A stretch of DNA of 64,000 nt from Blastocladiella emersonii ATCC 22665 (GCA_025594325.1 JANHCV010000009.1:992001-1056000), one strand, 5' to 3'; shown: positions 1 through 12,667, numbered from the stretch's first letter. Notes: generated by a model not told the origin, from the sequence alone. A program made the numbers and translations.

Positions 1-173
1 ACCGCGGAGCAGCACTGCGTCCAGATGTCGGCCGACGACTGCTCGTAGTAGTCGGTTTGCGGGGCGTGGATCGCGATGGCGCGCACGGCGGTCGCCAGGA
101 TCCGGCCCGCGTCGTCGATCACGGACGCCCGCGCGGACGAGGTGCCGACGTCGATGCCGATGTAGTGCTCCAT
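1..173 (-). CDS. FGGY-family carbohydrate (pentulose/ribulose) kinase, 5' end; gene runs off the window
   Basis: Manual translation from the ATG at 173 gives MEHYIGIDVGTSSARASVIDDAGRILATAVRAIAIHAPQTDYYEQSSADIWTQCC. This contains the FGGY N-terminal GIDVGTSSAR phosphate-1 motif and the EQxxxDIW motif. Confidence 0.9.
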   Translation of the reverse strand, partial: MEHYIGIDVGTSSARASVIDDAGRILATAVRAIAIHAPQTDYYEQSSADIWTQCCSA

Positions 174-322
174 GGTTTCTCTCTAGTGGGATTGGGGAGA
201 GCGCGGACCGGATGCGGGCGGCGGGCGGCGACTTGAAGTTTGGAGGAGCACACGTGGGCGGCGTAGCTCGCTCAGCGACGCGACTTCCTTCCTCCCTCTA
301 ACCCGCACACCTCATCTAAACC

Positions 323-2500
323 ATGAATCGATCCGTGGCAAGACGCCTACTCGCCGCAACGCTGGCACTGGCGTGGGCCGGGCTCGCGGCGGGCGCCGTG
401 CAGCAGCAGGCCGCCATCACCACGGCGCTGTTCGCCGAGCGGCAGACGCTCGCGGACCTCGACGTGATTGCGTTCGGCGACGCTAACGGCGACAAGTTGT
501 AAGGTCCTCTCTCTGTCCGATGCGATCGCTGGCGCGGAGACTGACCTCTGCGAGGAGTGTAGCGCCGACGTGTTCGCCCTTGACGAGCACCGCCACATCC
601 TGTCGCTGCTCGTGTGGAACCCGAGTACGCCTGCCCGCACCCGCCCGACGCGCATCATCGCTGACCTGACGCGGTGTAGAGTCCAAAAAGTTCGAACTCC
701 CAACGCCGCGCGTCGCCATCGACGTGAGCAGCTCGCCGGGGCACTACATCGCGACCGCGGTGCCCGGCGACTTTGACGGGACGGGGTCGCTCGACCTCCT
801 CCTAACCCTCGCCAACGCGACCTCGGGCACGCTGAGCTACGACGTCGAGCTCGCGACCGGCGCCAACGGCACCTTCACGCGCGCCGCGCAACCCCTCATC
901 ATGGGCATGCGCGACGCCGAGCCGACGCTCGCCGATGTATCGGGCCAGCTGATGCTCGACATTCTGGGGATCGCGCCGGGCAACGGGAACGAGACTGCGG
1001 GGCTCGCGCGGTGGCCCAACGTCGCCCTCACCACGCCCGTGACGCCGTTCGCCGCGACCCCCGTGCCCATGAACGCGTCGATGTGCGTCCCCGCGGCAGG
1101 CCACTCGAACGCGTTCGTCGACCTCGACGGCGACTGCTCCCCGGACCTGTTCCTGACGTGCGCCGACGGGTCGTTCCAGGTGTGGACGACGACGGCCGCG
1201 CGCGAGGTCGCTCCCATCCTGGAAAACGGGCGCGCCGCCGAGTTTGCGACCGCGTGGCGGCTCGTGCGCAAGGGAACGGTCCCGGCGGGCGCGGGCCCGA
1301 TCGCGTTCGCGGACATGGACGCCGACGGCACGCTCGACGCCGTGTTCACCGTGTGCGCGGGCGCGGCCCCGTGCGCCGTGCACGTCGTGTACAACCGGCA
1401 GATCCCGCTATGCGCTTCGTCTTCCGCCGATACGGGAGGGTGGAACGAGTGCCGCACGCTCGACGCCCTGTGCTCGGCGGACCCAGCGTTCCGGCTCGAT
1501 TTCGCGGCCGCACACGTCATCCCGCTGCCGGCGGGCAGCAACGCAGCAGCGGCGCGCGGCGCGTCGGACCTGAGCCGGCTGCGCGTCGGCGACCTCAACC
1601 TCGACGGGTACCCGGACCTGCTGTTCGTGTCGGGCGGCGCGCTCGAGATCCTCGAGAACGTGCCGTGCGTTCGCGGGCTCGCGGGGGGCAACTGCGCGGC
1701 GGCGGCAACGCTGTCGAGCGACCCGCGCGCGTTCGTCCCCGTCGCGCACGGGATCCCGCCGCACCGCGACCTGTTCGACGCGGCGTGGTTTGACCTGGAT
1801 GAGAATGGGTCGCTCGACGTGATGCTGCGGCTCGCTGACGGGAAGAGCACCCCGCGGACCGTCTTTTACGAGAACAAGCTCACGAATGACGCGTTTTTCA
1901 TCAAGACGGTGACGACGGGGGCCGCGGCGGCGGGGGCGGCCGCAGGGTGTGCGGGGCGCGGCGAGTGCCAGGTCCACGGCGTCAACGCGCTCGGGTCCAG
2001 CTTCAAGCTCACGGTCACGGACCCGCAGGGGCGGACCAAGGCGATCCAGAGTGCGCCGTCTCTCGCTGTAACAGCTGGCCGCGATCGAGCACTAACACCC
2101 GGTCCACTGTGTAGTGACGCAGCCGTACCAGTCAGCGCACCAGACGCTACACCTGCCGTACGCCTTCTCGGGTCTGGGCCGCACCAACAACTACATCGAA
2201 ACCCTGGCCGTCGGCGTGTCGCGCAACGTGTCGGCGCGGACCTCGTTTGCCGGGATCATCCCGAACTCGCAGCTCGTCGTGTACCCGCCGCGCGCCGGGT
2301 CGGGGACCACCAACTCGGCGGCAGCCATGATCGCGGGCGGGACCGGGTGGCGCATCGAGCTGTTCATCAACCCGGGCCAGTACGCGCTCGCGGTGCTCAC
2401 GGTCCTGATCGTCGCGCTCGTCGCGCTCGGCGTCATCACGGGCCTGCTCCACTGGGCCGAGCGGCGCGAGGACGAGCGCGAGAAGATTGCGTGGATCTGA
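323..2500 (+). CDS. ITFG1: ITFG1/LINKIN/T-cell immunomodulatory protein homolog (FG-GAP repeats, single TM), multi-exon
   Basis: Signal peptide (MNRSVARRLLAATLALAWAGLAAGA) and repeated FG-GAP calcium motifs (GDANGD, GDFDGTG, DLDGDCSPD, GDLNLDGYPD, DLDENGSLD). Also NDAFFIK, GRTNNYIE and PNSQLVVYP motifs, and a C-terminal TM followed by ERREDEREK. Introns near 499, 626 and 2051. The exact 3' end is uncertain. Confidence 0.88.
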
Positions 2501-2654
2501 TTCGTGGGACGTGATGCGCCACGGCGTGACGCCCGCGCGGACGTGCATGCATGCATTCAGCGATGGATGATACATGCGTTTTCTCTCTCGTCCACCTCGC
2601 GCCTCCTTTGCTCTCTCGCTGAAGCCCATCGACGAAATTTCCCGACGCAGCACC

Positions 2655-2952
2655 ATGTCACAGCACAACAACAACGCCTCGCCCGATACAGCATCAGCCC
2701 AGACTCTCAAGGACCTCATGGAGGTCCTGAAGCAGGGGGTCGAGCGGAACCGGCTGGACCTACAGGAGCTGGCTGCGCCAGGAGACGCAGCAGCTCCGCG
2801 CAGAGTCGCAGGCGCACCACGAGCAGTTGCAGAAGCTGTCCGAGAACACAGAGTACATGAGTACAAACATCCAGGACGTCAAGGAGCGGCTGCAGCGCCT
2901 CGAGGATGTGGTTCGCTGGTCGGCCAAGCCGAAGACGACCGCGCGCGCCTAA
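2655..2952 (+). pseudogene. Small coiled-coil ORF with an apparent +1 frameshift
   Basis: MSQHNNNASPD...LKDLMEVLKQGVERNRLDLQEL continues as a heptad-like LRQETQQLRAESQAHHEQLQKLSENTEYMSTNIQDVKERLQRLEDVVRW only after a frame change near 2770. Confidence 0.35.
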
Positions 2953-3355
2953 CCGCTTTCACGGAGGCCTAAGACAGATCGATACGGGGGCCGACATGCA
3001 TCGCTGCTCGCGTCGCAGTCCTCCCGCACCTCCCCGATAGTCGCGACCTCCTCTCCCTTAATCCTTTCCTGCCAGTGCCTGTGGCCATACATGTTTCTAT
3101 ACCGACCTCCTGCATTTGATAGGTCGCGCTTCGGCGTCGCGATGCGAGGAGTGATGGGACGCGCGTGGTTCGCGGCACGCGTCGGCGGCGTGACCGAGGT
3201 GGGCGATCGCGTTTCTCAGGTTTTCGTTCACGCTCACGGGAGGTCGCCGCCGCCGCCGCCACGCCCACCTCACTTTGGCGCGCGCTCCTCTTCTCGGCGC
3301 CAACGCTTGCACCACGCAGCTCACGCAACGTAACACCACCCGGCGCAACCCCACC

Positions 3356-5629
3356 ATGGCAGTCGCCGGACCCGACGGCGGCGCGGGCCGCCTGCTGCGC
3401 GCCGCGATCCTCGCGCTCATCTTCACGGTCGCCTTCTCAACGCGCCTCTTCTCGGTGATCCGCTTCGAGTCGGTCATCCACGAGTTTGACCCGTACGCTT
3501 GCCGCGCACCACGGTGCCGTGCCCCCGGCTAACGCGTTTTTGCGGGATGTAGATGGTTCAACTACCGCACGACGCAGAAGCTCGTGGCCGACGGACTGTA
3601 CGAGTTCTGGAACTGGTTCGACGAGCGGTCGTGGTACCCGCTGGGCCGCGTGGTCGGCGGCACCGTGTACCCTGGCCTGATGGTGACGGCGGGCGTCATG
3701 CACAACGTGCTGCACCTGCTGCACTTCCCCGTCGACATCCGCAACATCTGCGTGTTCCTGGCCCCGGTCTTCTCGACCGCCACCTCGCTCGCCGTCTACC
3801 TGCTGACCTCCGAGATCCACTCCAAGGGCGCGGGTCTGTTCGCCGCCGGATTCATCGCGGTCGCGCCCGGGTACATTTCGCGGTCGGTCGCCGGGTCCTA
3901 CGACAACGAGGGGATCGCCATCTTCCTGCTCATGTTCACCTTCTACCTGTGGATCAAGGCCGTCAAGCTCGGGTCGGCGCTGTACGCGGCGGTCGCCGCC
4001 GCCTTCTACTTCTACATGGTGGCCGCGTGGGGCGGCTACGTGTTCATCACGAACCTGATCCCGCTGCACGCCTTCGTGCTGGTGCTCATGGGCCGGTTCT
4101 CGCCCAAGGTCTACGTCGCGTACACGACCTGGTACGCGCTCGGCACGCTCGCCTCGATGCAGGTCCCGTTCGTCGGGTTCCAGCCCGTCTTCACGTCCGA
4201 GCACATGGCCGCCATGGGCGTGTTCGGCCTGCTGCAGCTCGTCGCCTTCGTCGATTTCCTGCACGCCCACGTGTCGCCCGCGCACTTCCGCGTCCTGTTC
4301 CGCTCGTTCGTCCTCCTCGTCGCGGGCGTGCTCGCCGTCGCGCTCTCGGTCCTCGCGGCATCGGGCGTCATCGCCCCCTGGACCGGCCGCTTCTACTCGC
4401 TGTGGGACACGGGGTACGCGAAAAAGTACATTCCGATCATCGCGTCCGTGTCCGAGCACCAGCCGACCGCGTGGTCGTCCTTCTTCTTCGACCTCCAGGC
4501 CCTCGTGTTCCTGTTCCCCGCCGGCGTCTACCTGTGCTTCCGCGAGCTGCGCGACGAGCACGTGTTTGTCATCCTCTACGCCGTGTTCGCCAGCTACTTT
4601 GCGGGCGTCATGGTCCGCCTCATGCTCACCCTCACGCCCATCGTGTGTGTCGCCGGCGGCGTCGCGGTCGCGACCCTGATCCAGACGTACTCGGCGACCC
4701 CCGACGATGACGACGAGGAGGGGATTGACGAGGCCATCAAGAAGACCAACGGCGGCAAGCGTGTGGCCAAGGCCGCGTCCGCATCCCCCAAAACGCCCCG
4801 CGTGCGCGCGTCCGAGCTCAAGTACCTCGTGTGCGGCGTGCTCGCGCTCGTCCTGTCGGTGTTCGCGATGCACTCGACGTGGGTCACGTCCAACGCGTAC
4901 TCGTCGCCGTCGATCGTGCTCTCGTCGCGCGGCGCCGACGGGTCGCAGGTGATCATCGACGACTTCCGCGAGGCGTACTACTGGCTGCGCAAGAACACGG
5001 CCGACGACGCGAAAGTGCTGGCGTGGTGGGACTACGGGTACCAGCTCGCCGGCATGGCGAACCGGACCACGCTCGTCGACAACAACACGTGGAACAACAC
5101 GCACATTGCGACGGTCGGGCTCGCCATGGCGTCGACGGAAGACAAGGCGTACGAGGTCATGGCCAAGCTCGACGTCGACTACGTGCTCGTCATCTTCGGC
5201 GGGCTCATCGGGTACTCGGGCGACGATATCAACAAGTTCCTGTGGATGATCCGTATCGGCGAGGGCGTCTACCCGAGCCAGCTCCAGGAGGCCAAGTTCT
5301 TCACCGACCGCGGCGAGTACCGCGTCGACGACGCGGCGCCTGCAACGATGCGCAACTCGCTCCTCTACAAGCTTTCGTATTACCGGTTCAACGAGCTGTA
5401 CGGCGGCACGGGCTACGACCGCGTCCGCGGATCCGCCATTGCCTCGAAACCCATCAAGCTCCACACCCTCGACGAGGCATACACCACCGAAAACTGGATC
5501 GTCCGCATCTACAAGCGCCGCGCGCCCGACGCACTGGGGCGGTCGCTCAAGGACGCGGCCGCGTTCGACGACGGCAAGCGCCGGCGGAAGCGCCGCCAGC
5601 GCGCTGCCGCTGCCGGTTCCCGCAAGTAA
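3356..5629 (+). CDS. STT3: Oligosaccharyltransferase catalytic subunit STT3
   Basis: [11 protein letters not shown](intron 3493-3552)[34 protein letters not shown] and [11 protein letters not shown] motifs, with many TM helices. Confidence 0.98.
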
Positions 5630-5666
5630 GCACAAAACTGATGATACATTTCTCATTCCCCATCTA

Positions 5667-7064
5667 CTACTTGCGTGGCGTCTGCCCACCCGCAACCTCG
5701 CGCCGCGCACCATGGCTCGCGCAGTACGCGACCCCACCGACGACCACCACGCCCCCCACCGCGAGCCGCGCCGGCATCGCGCCCGCCGCCGTCGCCGCGC
5801 GGCAGTCGCCGCACACCAGGCACCCGGCGTGCCACACGCGCGCGCCCACGACCGCGGCTTCCGCGCGGTACACGGCGCCGCCGCACGACGTGCACGGCAC
5901 CGAGCCCGCGTGTGCGAACGCCGACGCGTCATCCCCCAAAGCGGGCACGACGAGGCGCGGCGGCGGAGGCGGGGGTGGGGTTGAGAGGGGTTGCGAGGGA
6001 GAGGAGGGGTTGGGGTTGGGCGCGGACTCGAACCGCGCGGCGAGCGACGTGACGGACCGGCGGCCCTGCTTCGGGCGCGTCGGCGACCCAGCGGGGGTGA
6101 GCTTGAACCGTTTCGCGGGCCGCGGCGCGGGGTCGGTCGTCGCCGACTCGAACTTGCGCGCGATGGCCGAGGACGAGCGTTTCGCGCCCGTTGCGAGGAC
6201 GATGGGGGTGGACGCGACGGCAGTGGGTTTCGAGGCGGACGCCGTCAGGTGCTCGATGCGCACGCGGACCGAGGGGGCCGAGGCCAGCGGCGGGGAGACG
6301 GGTTTCGCGGTGGACGAGGTGGAGGTGGTCGAGGAGATGCTCAGGCGCGAGGTCGGGCGCGGCGGGGTCGCGGGGGCGGCGGCCGAAGCGGCGGCGGCGC
6401 GGTTCGGGCTGCGGCTGCGGCTGCGGCTCGCGCGGGACCGCTTGGAGGCTATGCGGACGGCGAAGTGAGTTGAGGGAACGGGGAACGATGCGCGCGATCG
6501 GCAACGTACGGATCGGCGACAGACGGTCAGCGGGACTCGCCGGGCGCGACGACGACGACGCCGATCCGAGCGAAGACGTCTTGGCGCTCAGGCGCGACGA
6601 GCGGCGCAGCACGGGCGTCTTGGACTTGTCGTCGTCGTCGTCCTCCTCATTGGCGGGTTCTACACCGCGAAAGTGGGTTGGTCAGGCGATGGACCGGACG
6701 GAGTGCATACACTCAACCCCTGATGCGTACCCTGCGACGACCGCGCCGGCGTCGGTGCGCCGAGCGTGGCGCGGTGCGAGCGGCGCGCCGGGGCCCCTGC
6801 CGATGTCGTCTGCTCTTCAGTCGTTACGACGATGGCGGGTGCCGCGGCCGCTGGCGCGATGACCACGGCCTCCTCGTTGGGCGCGGAGACGAACACGGGC
6901 GGCGCGGGCTTTTCGACAGAACCGGACCCCGAGGTGCGCGACTGCCACATCTCGCGGCGCGCGGAAAACTCGGCGCGGCCGAGCTTGGGCGAGGTGCCCG
7001 TGATGCTGCGGCGCGGGTGGGTCACGGCCTCGGCGCGTTTCAGCGGCGAGACGGGGAGGGTCAT
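5667..7064 (-). CDS. Low-complexity protein with a C-terminal LIM domain (probably multi-exon)
   Basis: C-terminal CTSCGGAVYRAE...WHAGCLVCGDC...YCASH matches LIM zinc-ligand spacing. The likely start is MTLPVSPLKRAE at 7064. The internal exon structure is not resolved. Confidence 0.7.
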
Positions 7065-7381
7065 TAAGTCGAAAGTTGATACGGTGCAAGATGGTGCGAG
7101 GGTTGAGGGGGGAGAGAGGGGGAGGGGAGGGAGGGGTGGCGGCTTTTTGTAAGGGCGCAAACTTTGCCGTGGAACGGCGAGCAGTGGACCGACCGGCGAG
7201 GAAAGGCGAAACGAGGCGCGTTTCCGCCCGCACGTGGGCGTCGGCGGAGCGCGTCACTCAGCCACCCGCCCACTCGGCTCGATGGCGCTCAGGAAGACGA
7301 GGGTGTGGCGACGACGCGAGGAAGAGAATATATGGAACAGAGAGAGGGACGGCAAGCTCGAGTGGTGGGCGGCGGCGGGGG

Positions 7382-8286
7382 CTACATGGCCTGCGATGGA
7401 GCGGCGTCAGCGCGCGAACGAGTAAGAGGAGACGTGCGAGCGCACGCACCATGGACGCCTTGAGCATGGCGAGTTCCGCCTCCTCGTCCTCGTCGATGAC
7501 CTGGCCCTTGGTCGGGCGCGGTGGCTGCGCGACGGCTGGATTCGCGGGATGTCAGCGCGCCGTCTCGGTCTCCCACACAAAAAAGCGTACCAGGCTCGGT
7601 CGTCGGCACGTTGGGCGCCGAGATGGGCACGTTCTCGAGGCCGAGCAGCTTGCTGTCGAGCTCCTCCTGCTCGAGCAGCTCGAGCTCGGCGTTGAGCTCG
7701 TCCTCGTCCATGTCCATGCCCATGCCGACGGGCTGCGAGATGGCGTCCGAGATCTCGTTGGCCAGGTCCATTTGGTCGCGGATCTCGTCCATGGTCTGGT
7801 CCACCTTGTTGATGTCCCTACGCGGTGCGCGCGAGGAGTGAGCGCGCGTTTCGGAGAGAACCCCGTCAAAGAGACCGTACATGGCGCCGTGAATCTCCTT
7901 CATGGCATCGGCGCCCATCTTCATGGCCTTCATGGCCTCGAGGTTGACGTTGGCGTTCTCGATGGTGCCCATCTGCGTCTCGATGGTCATGCGCGCGCCC
8001 GAGATCTTCTCGATCTGCGTCTCGTACATTTTCTTGCGCTTGAGCGCCATGAGCGCGGCTACACACCACCACTCTCGAGTCAGCGCAGACGGCATCGGAT
8101 ACGCCCCGGCAGAACGCACGCACCGCGCTTGTTATTGGTCGCATTGGCCTTGGCCGTCTTGAGCTCGTTGTCGATCTTGGTCTGCAGGTACCGCTCGCGC
8201 TTCTCGAGCATGTCGAGCGTCTCGCGCAGCCGGATGATGGCGTCCTTGGGCGTCGTCTTTGGCTTGCCCCTTCCAAACAGATGCAT
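7382..8286 (-). CDS. SNF7: ESCRT-III subunit Snf7/Vps32/CHMP4
   Basis: MHLFGRGKPKTTPKDAIIRLRETLDMLEKRERYLQTKID, ALMALKRKKMYETQIEKISGARMTIETQ, and DEDELNAELELLEQEELD. Spliced C-terminus EDEEAELAMLKASM/AM*. Confidence 0.96.
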
Positions 8287-8756
8287 CGTGGTGGCGGTCG
8301 CGCGGGCGGGCGGGCAGTCGGGTTGCGAGGGGGAGTGCGCGTGCGGCGCGTGCGCAGAGTTACGTGGCAAGCAAAGGCGTGCGTGCGATGGGCAGCGGGA
8401 GCGAGAGGGAGGCGGGGGAGAGAGAGAACGCACGAAAGGAAGAGCGACGCGCCACGCCGAGGCGAAGCGGAACGCCACGTGCGCGCGCGTGCGTGGCGCC
8501 CGCCGGCCCGCTCGCGTCGTTCTTGCTTGGCTCCCGGCCTCGCGCCGCGCCCCTTCGCGCTCTCTCCCTCGCGTGCTCGGCTCGAGAGCTGACAAACTCG
8601 TCTGGGTGCAAGCGACCTCTCGCAACGCCACGATCCGTCCACGTCAAATGTATCCCATGCAATCTCGCGCCGCGACGCGTCCATGAGTGATCGAGTCGCT
8701 CATCGCGCACGCGCCTCCCTCCCCCATGCATAGCCGCCGCCACCAACTCTCGCGAC

Positions 8757-9733
8757 ATGAGCTTCTTCAACATCCGGTACGCATCGCCGCGATGGACCTG
8801 CCGAGCGCGATCGCTCACAACGGAAGCCACTGCAGGTCCAAGATCAAGAGCGCGAGAAAGACGTCGGCGTCGGTGCCCAAGCCACTCTTCCTCACCGCGC
8901 CCTACGTCTCGTCGGTCCTCGTCAAGGGGAGCTTCCAGCCCATGGTCCAGCTCCCCGCCCAGATCGACCGCGACGAGTGGCTCGCCGCCAACGGTACGCG
9001 GATCGCGCGCGGATGGGCGGGTGTGTGCGTGGGCTGACGATTGCGCGCGTCTAGTCTTTGACTTTTTCCAGTACATCTCGCTCTTCTCGGGCACCATCTC
9101 CGAGTTCTGCACCGTCAAGGAGTGCAGCACCATGAGCGCCGGCGCAGGGTAGGTATGCCTTGCCTCGTTCGCTCGCTCTCGCACTCGAATCCGCCGGTCC
9201 TCGATCGCTCGCTCGCCTTCACGAATCCTCGCTCGCTCTCGCACTCGCCTCCGCCGGTCCTCGCTCGCCCACCCGCCCTGGCCGATCCTCGCCCACACCC
9301 ACCTCCCGTCGTCGCCCCCGCGCCACCACTCACCCCACCACGCACACTCCCCTCGTCCAGAACCGAGTACGCGTGGGTCGACGCACAAAAGCGCGCCAAC
9401 AAGGTCGCCGCGCCGCAGTACATCGACAGCGCCACCACGTGGATCCAGGGCCAGCTCGACGACCCAGAAGTGTTCCCGACCAAGTCGGGCCAGCCGTTCC
9501 CGAAAGACCACCCCGCCACCGTCAAGACCGCCTTCAAGCACATGTTCCGCATCCTCGCCCACATCTACCACGCCCACTACGACAAGATCCTGCACCTCCA
9601 CGCCGAGGCCCACCTCAACACCCTGTTCGCGCATTTCGTCTGCTTCGCCAAGGAGTTTGACCTGCTCGACAAAAAGGACACGGACGTGCTCAAGGACCTG
9701 ATTGCCGAGTTCGAGGCGCAGAATCTGTGCTGA
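8757..9733 (+). CDS. MOB2: MOB kinase activator, Mob2-type
   Basis: KPLFLTAPYVSSVLVKGSFQPMVQLPAQIDRDEWLAAN, FCTVKECSTMSAG, FRILAHIYHAH and HLNTLFAHF. Three introns. Confidence 0.92.
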
Positions 9734-9832
9734 CCTCGCGCGGGTGGGGGGTTGATTGATAGTTTCTTGCTCGCTCGCTTGATCGGTTGCATTTGGGACC
9801 GCCGCCTACAATACATTTTCGCCTCGTTCCAC

Positions 9833-10339
9833 TCATTTCGACTCGCCGCGCGCAGTTTGGGTGACTCGGTGGGCCTGCGGCGCTCCTGCCCGAGGCTCGG
9901 AGACGGAGAAAAGTATCTCGCGCGCGTCACGTGATAAATCGACGCGTCTCACAGGTTTCGAAACGCGTCGCGACGCGGCCTTCGCGTCAGCTGAGACGTC
10001 TGAAATGTCCAGAAAGCGACGTAGGTTATCGAAACCACTGTCCATTACCTCAAATAGGGTCTTGCGCGGCCCGCGTGGCCACGTCCGTTCACAAGCGAAA
10101 CTTGCGCAGTCGGCCATGACTTGGCTAAGCGAGGAAGAGGTGTACGCAGGGGTTGAATTACTGCGGTTCGAGTCTTTCGCCAGCTTGTCAACGAGCTTGC
10201 GCAGTCGCTCCAGGTCATTCGTTTTGATGACAGACAGGAAGTTGGGGTCCACGGCTGCCACCTGCTGAGATGCATTCGAGCGAAGGGGGCGCAGCGGCCG
10301 CGCAGGGCCGTGCGCCTGACCTGCTTGAGCAGGTAGCAT
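9833..10339 (-). CDS. Orphan family member 1 (HxxxxPxR...K signature)
   Basis: ORF from MLPAQAGQAH. Its 44-aa block HGPARPLRPLRSNASQQVAAVDPNFLSVIKTNDLERLRKLVDKL aligns ungapped to three other ORFs in the window. The 3' end may be degenerate because it overlaps the motif at 9927. Confidence 0.55.
   Translation of the reverse strand: MLPAQAGQAHGPARPLRPLRSNASQQVAAVDPNFLSVIKTNDLERLRKLVDKLAKDSNRSNSTPAYTSSSLSQVMADCASFACERTWPRGPRKTLFEVMDSGFDNLRRFLDISDVSADAKAASRRVSKPVRRVDLSRDAREILFSVSEPRAGAPQAHRVTQTARGESK
9927..9950 (+). repeat. Island motif copy: TCACGTG-ATAAATCG-ACGCGTCTC
   Basis: Exact match to TCACRTG-N8-ACGCGTCTC. Confidence 0.85.
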
Positions 10340-10931
10340 TGTGGGCAGCTGTTGGTGAACGGATACCGAGTGGAGAGGAGGAGGAGGAATGATTGCTAGC
10401 GGGCGACTAACGCGTTGTGGTGTTTGCTCCCCCACAACGAGCCTACTTGTATGCACACATCACTCGTACGCACGCACGCACGCACTAGAGTCATGCGCCG
10501 TGTGCATATCAGGTTCGCAAATCCCTTGCTCGATGAATGATTGAGCCTGCATCACTCGCTGCATCACTAGTTCGCGCGGCTCCGACGTCCCGTCGCAACG
10601 TTTGGCTCCCTGAACACGGTGGTTCCCGCTCCAGGCGGTCGCATTTTGTTGTTCCAAGCTGGCAAGGCCGTGGGCCTCAAGTTTTGGAGCGCGAAAATCG
10701 CGCGCGTTGAGCCACACCCGCACACAGAGGTCACTAACCAGTGACCAAGGTGCGATCCTTCTTATAAGAAGGATCGCACATGAACTGCTAGCCATAATAC
10801 GATTGATGTCTTGCCTGATGTAGCCACAATCAACTGCTCTATCACCACGAGCGTGAAGTGGTTATCGAGGCCGTAGTCTCAAGCCTCCGACTTGTAGTTT
10901 AGGACGAACGTTGGGACGCGTCACGCGCGCG

Positions 10932-10955
10932 GCGTGTGGTAAATCGACGCGTCTC
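10932..10955 (+). repeat. Island motif, partial copy: GCGTGTG-GTAAATCG-ACGCGTCTC
   Basis: Shares 17 exact bases (TAAATCGACGCGTCTCA) with the 9927 copy. The heptamer is degenerate. Confidence 0.6.
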
Positions 10956-11222
10956 AACCGTCCCGGCCACCTGAGGTCTCACAATCGTAGCAGCAAGGAC
11001 CTGAAGGCGTCATCTTTGCTCACTCATTTCGAGAACGTGCTCAAGTTCCATCGATCAATCTGTCTATTGCCCAGAAATTATATTCTACCCGCTCGTGGTG
11101 CCGAATCACGACTTAGATCAGGAGCCCGAGCGCTGCAACCACGCCCATGATCGACGAGGTCAGGTAGACGGCGTTCGTCCCCGCAGAACTACTTGGCGAA
11201 CCGGTAGGGTCTCGCTTGGGCA

Positions 11223-12667
11223 TCACGCCGTTGGCCACGGGCGTCGTGGCCAGCGACTCGACGGCTGCGGGAGCCGTGAAGCTCGCGGGATCCAGCTTGT
11301 CGACCCTAAAGGAGTTGCAAAACGTGAGTTCACTGCTCGATCGCTCGGCTCAACGCAATTAGAGCCGCGTCGAACGTACCAGCGGAAGTTGAGCGAACCG
11401 TCAATCTGCGTCTCGATCTTGAGCAGGTTGATGACCTTGCGCGGCCAGCTCGCAGGCATCATCTTGGTCCCGCCGAGGACCACGATCGTCTGTCCAAGCA
11501 CCAGCGCCGTCGGGCTCTCGACAGCGAGCGGACCCATGTCGGGGTTCAGCACGATGCCCGCGGTCGCGGTGAGCGTGCGATCGCGCACGTACGTGACGAG
11601 CGAGCGGGCGCCGCGTCCGCCGAAATAGATGTCGTAGCGCGTGTCGTTGACGCCAACGTACGTGACGGCGGCGGGATCGCGGCCGACCGAACGCAGGTCG
11701 CCACGAACCAGCAGGTTACCCCGGCGCGTGTTGGCGGACTGCGGCGAGTACGACCACACCTGCGTCGGGAACTCTTCTAGCCGCAGCTTGACCTCGGCCT
11801 TTTCGTCGCGGCCCGACCAGAACATAGTACCGCCCGCCGCGTCGATGGCGCGGATCATGGGCACGCTCGGGTTGAAGGTGTCCGTGTACTTGACCTCGCC
11901 GAACTGGAGGTGTGGGGGTCGCGAAAAGTTAGCTACTGGCCGCTTCGATGCGGCGTCAATGTAGAAATGTGTACCTCATTGATGGTCGCGACCGGGGTCG
12001 TCTTGTTCACGTTGATGTTCAAGTCGAGGTTGGTGGTCGTAAACCCGCCGGTGCGGTTACGCGCGAGCCCGCCCATCACGAACGCCGTCGGGCGCATCGC
12101 GCCGGGCACCGTGTCCGAGAGGACCACGACGCGCGCCGGGTACAGCGGCATCGACGCGTTCTTGGTGCCCGTCGTGAGCTTGGCCTGGACGCTGGCCGAA
12201 TCGGCCGCGGTCGCAGGGAACTCGTACTCGAAGACCTGCGTGTTGGGCACGTTGACGGCCGAGTTGCCGCCCGCGAGCAGCACGCGGTACGGGTCGCTCG
12301 GCGACGGCTGCGACATGAGCGGCACGAGGTTGGCGACGCCCACGGCGCCGAGCGACGGCTGCATGGTGACGATGGAGGGCTCGGGGCCCGACTTGGCGAG
12401 GTCGAGCGGCTTGGAGAAGTCGAGCGGCTTGGAGAAGTCGAGCGAGAAGACGGTCGACAGCGGGCGGCCCGTCACGTTCGCGGCCGCGCCCGCGGGAACG
12501 GTCTCGCCGCCGTACACGGTCGCCAGCTTGAGACGCGACATGTACGTCACGGCGACGCCACGGAACCCGTTGGTGGTCTCGGCAGGCCACGGGCCGGCGG
12601 TGGCGGGCGCCGCGACGAGAGCGATCCAGAGCACGGCGAGCAGGGACACGAGGGAGATGGATCGCAT
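11223..12667 (-). CDS. Secreted protein with Kelch-like beta-propeller character (2 exons)
   Basis: Signal peptide MRSISLVSLLAVLWIALVAAPATA and repeated hydrophobic-GG motifs (VYGG, LLAGG, FVMGG, IYFGG, VVLGG). Intron at about 11911-11971. An 18-bp tandem duplication encodes FSKPLD twice. Confidence 0.6.

Noticed and set aside
9160-9300. Imperfect CGCTCGCTCTCGCACTCG...TCCGCCGGTCCTCG repeats in the MOB2 intron
   Set aside because: This is low-complexity pyrimidine-rich intron sequence with no spacer structure. It is not CRISPR-like.
9927-9950. Heptamer-spacer-nonamer layout resembling RAG/Transib recombination signals
   Set aside because: The nonamer (ACGCGTCTC vs ACAAAAACC) and the 8-nt spacer do not match RSS rules, and no RAG or Transib ORF is present. 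The resemblance is superficial.
9861-10268. Plus-strand ORF containing MSRKRRRLSK (NLS-like) downstream of a motif
   Set aside because: It overlaps the minus-strand ORF that carries the orphan-family signature, which is much better supported.
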